Below, piece after piece: positions 22,405 through 30,357 of a DNA stretch of 64,000 bases; the first letter of the stretch is position 1; every line of letters begins with the position of its first letter. The stretch is from positions 1 through 64,000 of the forward strand of contig JANNVQ010000002.1 of NCBI GenBank assembly GCA_031414535.1. The letters are read 5' to 3'. This DNA comes from Gemmatimonas sp. GTDB lineage: Bacteria; Gemmatimonadota; Gemmatimonadetes; Gemmatimonadales; Gemmatimonadaceae. The notes beneath the pieces are model-generated. The model saw nothing but the letters and a program-made list of their open reading frames with translations. It was not told the DNA's origin and made no database searches. A program made the translations under genes and the position numbers.

Positions 22405-22533
22405 TCACCACGGAGGCACGGAGGCACGGAGACTGCCGGAGCAGGAAATTCTTGGGGGCTCGCACCGGAATCTCGGCGCGAGCCCCCAAAAGCATCCTCC
22501 GCGGACCTCCGTGTCTCTGTGCCTCCGTGGTGA
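22405..22533. repeat. Nonamer-arm inverted-repeat element between convergent genes
   Basis: TCACCACGGAGGCACGGAGGCACGGAG ... CTCCGTGTCTCTGTGCCTCCGTGGTGA, enclosing an inner hairpin TTGGGGGCTCGC...GCGAGCCCCCAA. Confidence 0.88.
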
Positions 22534-22543
22534 AGCAATTTCA

Positions 22544-23434
22544 CTAGACTGCCGCGAAAACTCGCTGCGCATGCGCGAGCTTGCCGAGTGCGTCTCGGGT
22601 GGGAATGAACTCGTGCGCCACGAAGCCGGTGAAGCCGGTCGCCGCGATGGCGCGGGCGATGCGCGGATAGAATAGCTCCTGCGTCTCGTCAATCTCGTGA
22701 CGGCCGGGATTGCCCGCCGTGTGATAGTGCCCGATAATCGCCTGGTGCTTTTCAATCGTGCGGATGACGTCACCTTCCATGATCTGCATATGGTAGATGT
22801 CGTACAGCAACTTGAAGCGCGCTGAGCCAATCCCCTGTGCGACCTGCGCGGCCCATTCCGTGTGATCGGCGTGGTAGTCGAAGTGGTCCACCTTGCTGTT
22901 CAGCATCTCCATCACCAAGGTGACGCCGAGTCGTTCGGCGGTGGGGATGATGCGCTTGAGGCCATTCACGCAGTTGGCGATGCCTTCGCCGTCGGACATG
23001 CCGCGGCGGTTGCCGGAGAACACAATCATCTGCGCAATCCCCGCGCGCGCCACGAGTGGCAACAGGCGCTCACTCTCGGCGACGAGTCGGTCGTGCAGGT
23101 CTGGGCGATTCCAGCCGTCGGGAATTGGCCCCGGGCCGTTGGCGACGGTGCAGACGAGCCCGTGGGCCTTGGGGACATCCCAGTCGGGCTCACTGAGCAG
23201 ATCAATGCCGTCGAGTCCGATGCGTTTGGCCTCGGCGCAGAACTCGGGCAGCGGCATGTTGCCGAAGCACCAGCGCGCAACGCTCTGCCGGTACGGCGCG
23301 GTGCGCCGAGCGTCAGTGGAATCGGCGACTGCGGCATCCGCCATCGGCTCTGCGATGAGCGAAGCCGGTGCGATCGCGATTGCGGCTGCGGCGCCGAGCC
23401 CCCGCTTAATCGCCTCGCGTCGTGATGTGCTCAT
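22544..23434 (-). CDS. Tat-exported hydroxypyruvate-isomerase-like (xylose isomerase TIM barrel) protein
   Basis: SRREAIK Tat motif; EMLNSKVDH, LYDIYHMQIMEG, HYHTAGNPGRHE and HEF metal ligands. Confidence 0.88.
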   Translation of the reverse strand: MSTSRREAIKRGLGAAAAIAIAPASLIAEPMADAAVADSTDARRTAPYRQSVARWCFGNMPLPEFCAEAKRIGLDGIDLLSEPDWDVPKAHGLVCTVANGPGPIPDGWNRPDLHDRLVAESERLLPLVARAGIAQMIVFSGNRRGMSDGEGIANCVNGLKRIIPTAERLGVTLVMEMLNSKVDHFDYHADHTEWAAQVAQGIGSARFKLLYDIYHMQIMEGDVIRTIEKHQAIIGHYHTAGNPGRHEIDETQELFYPRIARAIAATGFTGFVAHEFIPTRDALGKLAHAQRVFAAV

Positions 23435-25116
23435 AGTTCTCCTCGGCGGATCTTGTCCACGGCGCCGGCCGCGGCGCGGGCGGTAAGTGCCATGTAGGTG
23501 ATGCTCGGATTCTGGCAGGCGGAACTCGCCATGGCGGCACCGTCGGTCACGAAGACGTTGGGCACTTCCCACACTTGGTTGTCGCGGTTGAGTACGCCGT
23601 CGCCCGGAGTGCGACTCATGCGCGCGCCGCCCATCTCGTGGATGCACAGACCCGGTGGCACGTTCGGACGATTCTGCCAAATGTCGCGCGCACCAGCGGC
23701 TTCGAGCATCTCGACCGCGCTCGTCGTCATATCACGCATCATTGCGCGTTCGTTGTCGCCCCACTTGCAGGTGATGCGCAGGGCGGGGATGCCCCACTTG
23801 TCCTTGACCGTCGGATCGAGCGCGAGGTGATTGGCCTCGTTCGGCAACTGCTCGCCCCATCCATTGATTGCGAGCGTCCAGGGCGCGAGTTCGTTGAGGA
23901 GCCGTTGCTTGTACTCGGGGCCGCTGCCAGCACCGCGGAACGTCGAACGCCCGGAGCCGCCCTGCATGCCGTATCCGCGCACGAAGTCACTGCTCGCTGG
24001 CGAGGCTTTCGTATTGCGGAATCGCGCGACGTAGATGCCGTTGGGTCGGTTGCCGGTCTTCACGCGGTCTTCGAAGCCTGGCATTACACCGCCAGCGCCC
24101 CAGAGCATGTGGTGATCCATGATGTACTTGCCCAACGTGCCGCTGGCGTTGCCCATGCCCTGCGGGTGCGCACCGCTCTTGGAGTTCATGAGGATGCGTG
24201 TGGACTCGAACGCCGACGCACACAGGAAGATCACCTGCGCTTCGTACAGTGTTTCCTGCATCGTGTGCGCGTCAATCACGCGGACGCCGCGCGCCTTGCC
24301 CGTGCGCAGGTCGTGCACGACCTCCGCCACGACGCTGTGCGGGCGCAAGGTGAGGCGACCAGTGGCGGCCGCTGCTGGCAGGGTGGATCCATTGGAGGAG
24401 AAGTACGAGTGCGTGATGCATCCGCGCTCGCAGGGGCCGCAGTAGTGGCAGGCGGCGCGGCCGTTGTGATTACGCGTGAGCACCGCGGCGCGGCCGATGG
24501 TCATCACACGACTGCCACCGAAGGCACCGAGGATCTTTTCGCGCGCCTGCGTTTCCACGCAGGTCATTTGCATTGGTGGGAGGAACTCGCCGTCGGGGAG
24601 TTGCTCGAGGCCTTCGGCGGCACCGGAGACGCCGATGAAGCGCTCGACGTGCGAGTACCAAGGGGCGATGTCCGCGTAACGAATCGGCCAGTCGTTACCG
24701 TGGCCGTCCTTCGCGTTGGCTTCGAAGTCCAGATCGCTCCAGCGGTAGACCTGGCGGCCCCACATAATGGAGCGCCCACCGACCTGGCGGCCGCGGATCC
24801 ACTTGAACGGTGCGTCGTCGGGCGTAGTGTAGGGATTCTCGTTGTCGTTCACGAAGAATTTGGAGCCCGCTTCGTCGCAGGCGTAGCACTCACGCTGAAT
24901 CTTTTGGTCGCGCGCGAGTGTTTTCCGATCGCCGAGGCCCTTGTAGCGCATTTGGTAGGCCTGCACGTGCTCGGTGTAGTCGGTGGCCGGATTGATTGGG
25001 CCGCCGGCTTCGAGCACTAAGGTCTGCATCCCGCGCTCTGTGAGCTCCTTGGCCGCCCATCCACCGGAGATACCGGAGCCTACGACGATGGCGTCAAAGC
25101 GTCGTTGCTGCGGCAT
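23431..25116 (-). CDS. GMC family flavoprotein oxidoreductase (glucoside 3-dehydrogenase-like large subunit)
   Basis: GSGISGGWAAKEL, GGRSIMWGR, Cys cluster CHYCGPCERGC, IHEMGGARM and CQNPSITYMA. Confidence 0.9.
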   Translation of the reverse strand: MPQQRRFDAIVVGSGISGGWAAKELTERGMQTLVLEAGGPINPATDYTEHVQAYQMRYKGLGDRKTLARDQKIQRECYACDEAGSKFFVNDNENPYTTPDDAPFKWIRGRQVGGRSIMWGRQVYRWSDLDFEANAKDGHGNDWPIRYADIAPWYSHVERFIGVSGAAEGLEQLPDGEFLPPMQMTCVETQAREKILGAFGGSRVMTIGRAAVLTRNHNGRAACHYCGPCERGCITHSYFSSNGSTLPAAAATGRLTLRPHSVVAEVVHDLRTGKARGVRVIDAHTMQETLYEAQVIFLCASAFESTRILMNSKSGAHPQGMGNASGTLGKYIMDHHMLWGAGGVMPGFEDRVKTGNRPNGIYVARFRNTKASPASSDFVRGYGMQGGSGRSTFRGAGSGPEYKQRLLNELAPWTLAINGWGEQLPNEANHLALDPTVKDKWGIPALRITCKWGDNERAMMRDMTTSAVEMLEAAGARDIWQNRPNVPPGLCIHEMGGARMSRTPGDGVLNRDNQVWEVPNVFVTDGAAMASSACQNPSITYMALTARAAAGAVDKIRRGEL

Positions 25117-25688
25117 CAGCGGGCTCCTCCCACGATGGGAAGCGGAACGCAGCCTTCGTACTTGCCAGGCGTGATGTTGGTACGAATGACCGTCTTCTGG
25201 ATGGTTTCGCTGGTGATCCAAGCGTGCACGGTCCAACTCTTGATGCGCCGCAAGGCGCGTTGTCCCGCCGTGGGTTGCTCGGCTTGCGCTTCGGCCCACG
25301 CAATCTCAGATGCGGCCGCCGTGGCACCCAGCGTCGGCCAGTTACGGCCGTGTTCGGCGTAGGCCCGCTGTTCCAACTCTGTGAGACCGCGTTCAATCAT
25401 CGCGCGGTCATCATCGCTTGCCCACTCGGCGAGAAGCAACTCGATGAAATCCACCGTGCCCACGTCCAAGGCACCCGGCGTATCGGAGCGCGGGATGAGC
25501 GCGTCGGCGATGGCGCTGACGGTGGCACGCTCTGCGGCCTTGAGGACGCGCACCCGAGTAGCCGGGCAACCGCTTGCCCGCGCCCAAGCGTGGCGCGTCC
25601 AATCGTCGTTGGGAAGAGCGGCCTCCAGGCGGCGAGGGATAGCGGCGACGACGGCGAGTTCGAGGAGGGACCGGCGAGAAATGGCCAT
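25116..25688 (-). CDS. Gluconate 2-dehydrogenase subunit 3 family (Tat-signal small subunit)
   Basis: SRRSLL Tat motif, 'LIPRSDTPGA' and C-terminal 'PGKYEGC'; translationally coupled to the GMC gene. Confidence 0.85.
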   Translation of the reverse strand: MAISRRSLLELAVVAAIPRRLEAALPNDDWTRHAWARASGCPATRVRVLKAAERATVSAIADALIPRSDTPGALDVGTVDFIELLLAEWASDDDRAMIERGLTELEQRAYAEHGRNWPTLGATAAASEIAWAEAQAEQPTAGQRALRRIKSWTVHAWITSETIQKTVIRTNITPGKYEGCVPLPIVGGAR

Positions 25689-25791
25689 AAGCAATAGCCG
25701 TAGCTGGGAGGGGAGGATGGCCAAACTTGCTGGCCGCGGCTGCCGTCCGGAAGCGGGGAGAAACGGGTGGCGAAAGTTGCTCGCTGATGCC

Positions 25792-25820
25792 TTGAACTTT
25801 GCCTATCTCGCCACTATGTT
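25792..25820 (+). promoter_or_regulatory. Sigma70-type promoter of the tRNA operon
   Basis: TTGAAC-N17-TATGTT ending 11 nt before tRNA-fMet. Confidence 0.7.
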
Positions 25821-25831
25821 CCCCAGACTAC

Positions 25832-25905
<74 letters not shown>

Positions 25906-25962
25906 TGCGCAGGAACCGGAGCGCCTCCTTGCGGGGCGCTTCGTTGTTACACGGATGAATAG

Positions 25963-26036
25963 GGCTGGGTAGCTCAGCTGGTTAGAGCACGGCACTCATA
26001 ATGCCGGGGTCGCGGGTTCGAGTCCCGCCCCAGCTA
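25963..26036 (+). tRNA. tRNA(CAT), most likely elongator tRNA-Met
   Basis: Cloverleaf GGCTGGG...CCCAGCT-A with CTCATAA loop. G2-C3-T4 acceptor and A31-T39 resemble elongator Met rather than Ile2. CCA not encoded. Confidence 0.92.
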
Positions 26037-26043
26037 TCACACT

Positions 26044-26076
26044 GAATCCCCGCGCGCCCCTAGGCCGCGGGGATTC
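26044..26076 (+). terminator. Hairpin after the tRNA pair (terminator or processing signal)
   Basis: 11-bp stem GAATCCCCGCG / CGCGGGGATTC; no clear U-tract. Confidence 0.5.
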
Positions 26077-26116
26077 GGCATATTGGAGCTGACGGTTCAC
26101 CTGCCTGGGCTTCCTT

Positions 26117-26821
26117 ATGCGCCTTCGCTATCGATTTGCCATCGCCGACGGGACGGAGCGCACCTTTGAGGTGACGCTCCATCCAGAGTCGTTGGCGCTG
26201 CAGTTGCCGGTCAAGGCGGACGTCGCCCCGGCGTGGACGGCGCTTGAGAATGAGCAGTGCCCAAACTGCCCACTGCGCCCAGAGGATTCGCCACACTGCC
26301 CCGTGGCCGTGGCGGTTGATCCGGTCATCATGGCGTTTCACGATTCGATCTCCCATCATCAGGCAGAGATTACAATCGAGACGGAGGCGCGCAGCTATCA
26401 GAAGCAGGCCACGCTGCAAGCGGGCATCAGCGGCGTGATCGGTTTGTTGATGAGTACAGCGGGGTGCCCCGTGCTCGACAAACTGCGGCCCATGGTGCGC
26501 ACGCACCTGCCCTTCGCTACGCTGCCGGAGACGATGTATCGGTCGATGTCTATGTACCTCCTCGCGCAGTACTTCATTGCCCAACGCGGAGGCACTCCCG
26601 ACTGGAACATGCAGGGACTTTCCGATGTTTATGCTGAGGTGCGGCGCGTGAACAAAGCCTTCCTGCGTCGCCTACACACGCTCAAAATCGAGGATGCCAG
26701 CCTCAATGCGATCGTCAATCTCGATGTGTTCGCGACCTTCACGAACATGAGCTTGGGGTCAGATCAGCTTGAGGACGTCGAAGTGTTGTTTTCGGCCTAC
26801 CTGCCAGCGGCGCAAGCCTAA
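26117..26821 (+). CDS. Conserved Cys-containing protein (DUF6901-like)
   Basis: W..L...QCPNCPL......HCP.A and GCP...LRPMVR.HLPFA patterns. Confidence 0.65.
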   Translation: MRLRYRFAIADGTERTFEVTLHPESLALQLPVKADVAPAWTALENEQCPNCPLRPEDSPHCPVAVAVDPVIMAFHDSISHHQAEITIETEARSYQKQATLQAGISGVIGLLMSTAGCPVLDKLRPMVRTHLPFATLPETMYRSMSMYLLAQYFIAQRGGTPDWNMQGLSDVYAEVRRVNKAFLRRLHTLKIEDASLNAIVNLDVFATFTNMSLGSDQLEDVEVLFSAYLPAAQA

Positions 26822-26834
26822 TGTGCCACGAACA

Positions 26835-27047
26835 ATGATGACTGAAGAGACTGGTCCTCCCGACTCGAAGCCCCCCACGATTACTCCGCTCGTGGACTGG
26901 ATGTCGCGGCACGGTTGGAAGAGTTTCGTTGCGTTGGTTGTCATTGGACTGCTGTTTCATGCCTATGGCGTGGGCTTGCTGGGGTCGAGTGACGACGTTG
27001 CCGCACTCGCCCGCGTGCAGTTCGACGTGACACCGATTCCCGAATGA
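26835..27047 (+). CDS. Small single-TM hypothetical protein
   Basis: Hydrophobic segment FVALVVIGLLFHAYGVGLL; ATGA overlap with the next gene. Confidence 0.5.
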   Translation: MMTEETGPPDSKPPTITPLVDWMSRHGWKSFVALVVIGLLFHAYGVGLLGSSDDVAALARVQFDVTPIPE

Positions 27048-28999
27048 GCCATGCGTCAATCGGCGCTCGGCTGTCGTCGGCGGGCCGCAGTCGTGAGGGA
27101 CTGCTGGCTAACCGCATCGCCGTCATCGTCTTGGCGTACCAACTGGTGCGCGCGGTATTCCTATGGAACAATCGCGGAAGCTTTGCCGGTACCCCCACCG
27201 CAGATGTGGCGCTGGCCTTCATCAAGGGCCTACGCTTTGATCTCTCGGCCGTTGCGTACAGCAATATCCCGTTCATCCTCCTGTCGCTCGCGCCGGATAC
27301 CGTCTTGGCGCGTCGGTGGTACCAGCGCCTGTTGATGGGTCTGTTCCTTGTGGTGAATGGCGCCGCGGTCATCATCATGATGGGCGATGTTGCCTACTAC
27401 CCCTTCACGGGCACACGCGTGACGATGGATGTTTTCTCGCTCACGGGTGAAGCGACGGCACAAGCCGATCAGCTCTTTTTGAACTTTGCGGGCCTGACGG
27501 CGACGGGTGTCTGTCTGCTGGTTGTGCTCGCGATGCAATACAAGCGTCGCGCCGGTGAAACCTTCGGTCCGGTTGCGGCGTCGCGCCGCGTGGGCGCTGG
27601 TCTCGTGGTGCTGGCGTTGACAGCAGTCGCCGCGCGAGGCGGCTTCCAAAAGAAGCCCCTCAACCCCATCCACGCATTTTCGAGCGGCAGTCACGAGGTT
27701 GGTATCCTCACGCTCAACTCGGCGTTTACGCTCATTCAATCGCCGCGCGGGCGACAGCTCGAGCCGGTGGAGTACTTTGCCGAGCAGGCGGACGTGGACT
27801 CCATCCTGCAGACGCAGTACGGCTTTGCCGCAGCAATGGGCAATAAACTGCCCGCGCAGCAGCAGAACATCGTGTTGCTCATCCTCGAGAGTTACGCCAC
27901 GGAATTCTGGGGCGGTGTGGACCGCGAGCAGCCGGGGCTGACGCCGTTCCTCGATTCGCTGCGCGGCCAGGGTGCGTTCTTCACCGAATCGTTCTCCAAT
28001 GGTCGTCGCTCGATGGACGCGTTGCCGAGCATGCTGTTGGGTGTACCACTTTACCGTGGGCAGAGTATCGCGGTGAGTGAGTATCAGAGCAATCAATGGA
28101 TTGGCCTTGGGCATCTGCTGGGCGGGGCTGGCTATCACACGAGCTTTTTCCACGGCGCCCCCAAGGGCACGATGTATTTTGATGCCATCGCTTCGCTCGC
28201 GGGTATCGAGGACTTCTATCCGTTGGAGCGGTTTCCCGAGGCCACGCAGACGCAAGCCTTTGATGGGCACTGGGGCCTCTACGATGAAGAAGCCTTGCAG
28301 TTTGCGGTCCGGCAGGTGGGGACGTTCAAAGAGCCGTGGTTCGCCACCATGTTCACCATCAGCACCCACCATCCTTATCGCGTTCCGCCGCGCTACGTGG
28401 ATTCGCTGCCGAAGGGCTCGCGCGAAATTCATCAGAGTGTGGCGTATGTGGACTTGGCCGTGCGCCGCTTCTTTGACGAGGCGCGCAAGCAGCCGTGGTT
28501 CGAGAACACGCTCTTCGTCATCACCGGCGATCACACTCCGCCGATGCGCTCCGCCAGGTATGACTCGCCGATAGGTCGCTACATGGTGCCAACGCTGCTG
28601 TATCATCCCGCCGGTCGTTTGCCGACGTTGGATCAGCAGCGCATCGTGCAGCACGTAGATCTGTTCCCGACCATCCTCGACTTTGCGGGCGTGCGCCCCA
28701 CCAAGGTGCCGCTCTTTGGGCACTCGCTGTTTTCGGCGCAAGCTGGCGAAGCGGTGCTGACCACGGACGAGACCTATTGGATTGTCCGCAAGGACGGGGT
28801 GCTGGAGCGCACGCCCGCGGGCACCGAGCGCATGCTGATGTACCGTCGAGAGCGTACGGGGGAGGCGGAGACCGTGCTTCCTCAGGCATCGCGGGCGGAG
28901 CTCAGCAGACGCCTGCTCGCGTATGTGCAACACTACACCATGTCGCTGATCGAGAACTCGTTCTACCGCACGGCGCCGCTGAGGCCTCCCGCGTCTTGA
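27044..28999 (+). CDS. LTA synthase family / membrane-anchored sulfatase-fold phosphotransferase
   Basis: About 5 N-terminal TMs with GLRFD and ARGG; NIVLLILES, TISTHHPY, TGDH and QHVDLFPT motifs. Confidence 0.88.
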   Translation: MSHASIGARLSSAGRSREGLLANRIAVIVLAYQLVRAVFLWNNRGSFAGTPTADVALAFIKGLRFDLSAVAYSNIPFILLSLAPDTVLARRWYQRLLMGLFLVVNGAAVIIMMGDVAYYPFTGTRVTMDVFSLTGEATAQADQLFLNFAGLTATGVCLLVVLAMQYKRRAGETFGPVAASRRVGAGLVVLALTAVAARGGFQKKPLNPIHAFSSGSHEVGILTLNSAFTLIQSPRGRQLEPVEYFAEQADVDSILQTQYGFAAAMGNKLPAQQQNIVLLILESYATEFWGGVDREQPGLTPFLDSLRGQGAFFTESFSNGRRSMDALPSMLLGVPLYRGQSIAVSEYQSNQWIGLGHLLGGAGYHTSFFHGAPKGTMYFDAIASLAGIEDFYPLERFPEATQTQAFDGHWGLYDEEALQFAVRQVGTFKEPWFATMFTISTHHPYRVPPRYVDSLPKGSREIHQSVAYVDLAVRRFFDEARKQPWFENTLFVITGDHTPPMRSARYDSPIGRYMVPTLLYHPAGRLPTLDQQRIVQHVDLFPTILDFAGVRPTKVPLFGHSLFSAQAGEAVLTTDETYWIVRKDGVLERTPAGTERMLMYRRERTGEAETVLPQASRAELSRRLLAYVQHYTMSLIENSFYRTAPLRPPAS

Positions 29000-29042
29000 T
29001 TCGCGCCTTCCGGCGCTTCGTGCATTCCCCCACCTTTCCCTG

Positions 29043-30119
29043 ATGGCAATCCTGCGCAATCCGCTGCACGACGAGCAAGCGACGCTCGTCACGGTCTCGC
29101 TCGTGGTGCTGGCCTCTGTGGCTACGGCGATGGGACTCGCCTTCACGCGCCCCGTGATGGTACCGCTGGTGGTCGCGACCATCGTCTACTACCTCGTGTC
29201 GCCAGTCGCAGACGTGCTGGAGCTTAAGCTACGGTTTACGCGCTGGCTCTCCACCTTCTTCGTGATGCTCTTGGTGGGGGCGGTGCTCGCCGGCGTCGGC
29301 CTGCTCTTTATCACGTCGGCGCGCGGCTTGCTGGGGTCGGCGGATGTGTATCAGGTAAAGATGCTCGATGCGGCGACCCACGTGTCTTCGTGGCTGGACC
29401 GCATGGGCTACGAACTGAGCCGCGATGCCTTGATTGCTGCGGTGAGCGAAATACCGTCCGCAAAGGTGATGCAGGCTGGCCCCAAGTTCGCCTACGCGTT
29501 GGTGCAGAACTCTGTGCTCGTGATGCTGTTTGTCATCTTTCTGTTGCTTGGTCGCACACGCGAGCTCATCAAGCACCCGGTGTTTCGGCAAATCGACCGG
29601 GATATCCGTCGCTACCTGATCCTGAAGACGCTTATTTCGCTGGCTACTGGCGTGTGCTTTTGGGTGATTCTCACGTCGTTCGGCATTGAGTTGGCCTTGG
29701 TGTTTGGGGTGCTCACGTTCGTCCTCAACTTCATTCCCAGCGTGGGTAGCATCATCGCGACGATGCTGCCCATTCCTATCGCGTTGGTGCAGTTTGAGAC
29801 CTTGGGACCCGTGATCGCCATTGTCGTGCTGATGACGCTGGTTCAGATGGTGATTGGCAACGGCATCGATCCCTTGCTGATGGGCCAGAATCTCAACCTG
29901 AGCCCCGTGACGATTCTCGCGGCGCTTGTGTTCTGGGGTTTGATTTGGGGCGTGGTCGGCATGTTGCTTGCAGCACCGCTGACGGCCATCCTGCGCATCG
30001 TCCTAGCCCAGTTTGCGACCACGCGGCCAATGAGTGAGCTCCTCGCGGGGCGATTGCCTCAAGGCGACGAGGGCTTCACGCGCGAGCATCACTCCGAGGA
30101 GCACGCGGGACTGGCGTAA
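29043..30119 (+). CDS. AI-2E family transporter
   Basis: Multi-TM protein with LNFIPSVGS, 'GN.I.P..MG..LNLSP' and WG.IWG..GM.LA.PL motifs. Confidence 0.9.
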   Translation: MAILRNPLHDEQATLVTVSLVVLASVATAMGLAFTRPVMVPLVVATIVYYLVSPVADVLELKLRFTRWLSTFFVMLLVGAVLAGVGLLFITSARGLLGSADVYQVKMLDAATHVSSWLDRMGYELSRDALIAAVSEIPSAKVMQAGPKFAYALVQNSVLVMLFVIFLLLGRTRELIKHPVFRQIDRDIRRYLILKTLISLATGVCFWVILTSFGIELALVFGVLTFVLNFIPSVGSIIATMLPIPIALVQFETLGPVIAIVVLMTLVQMVIGNGIDPLLMGQNLNLSPVTILAALVFWGLIWGVVGMLLAAPLTAILRIVLAQFATTRPMSELLAGRLPQGDEGFTREHHSEEHAGLA

Positions 30120-30147
30120 GGCGCGAGCCCTCGCTATTCCTTCGGGA

Positions 30148-30230
30148 GCCGCCAGGGGTATCTCGCGAATGCGAGATTGAGACAGTCTCTTGGAACCTGA
30201 CCCGGTTTACACCGGCGTAGGGAGCGCGGC
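30148..30230 (+). promoter_or_regulatory. TPP riboswitch
   Basis: AGGGGT...TGAGA...GAACCTGA.CCGGTTTACACCGGCGTAGGGA conserved core with P1 GCCGC/GCGGC, upstream of a TonB receptor. Confidence 0.9.
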
Positions 30231-30357
30231 GAGTGTCTTGGCCACATTCTCGGCCACGGCACCCGCTCGCCGGGTGCACGTGGCCTTTGTTTTGGCCAAG
30301 TGCCTCAGGCGGGATCCGCACTACGGCGTCCTCATTCTCGCTTCGAGGCCACCGCTG

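Noticed and set aside
25963..26036. tRNA-Ile2 (lysidine) assignment
   Set aside because: Acceptor G2-C3-T4 and the A31-T39 pair fit elongator Met better; not fully excluded without a covariance-model run.
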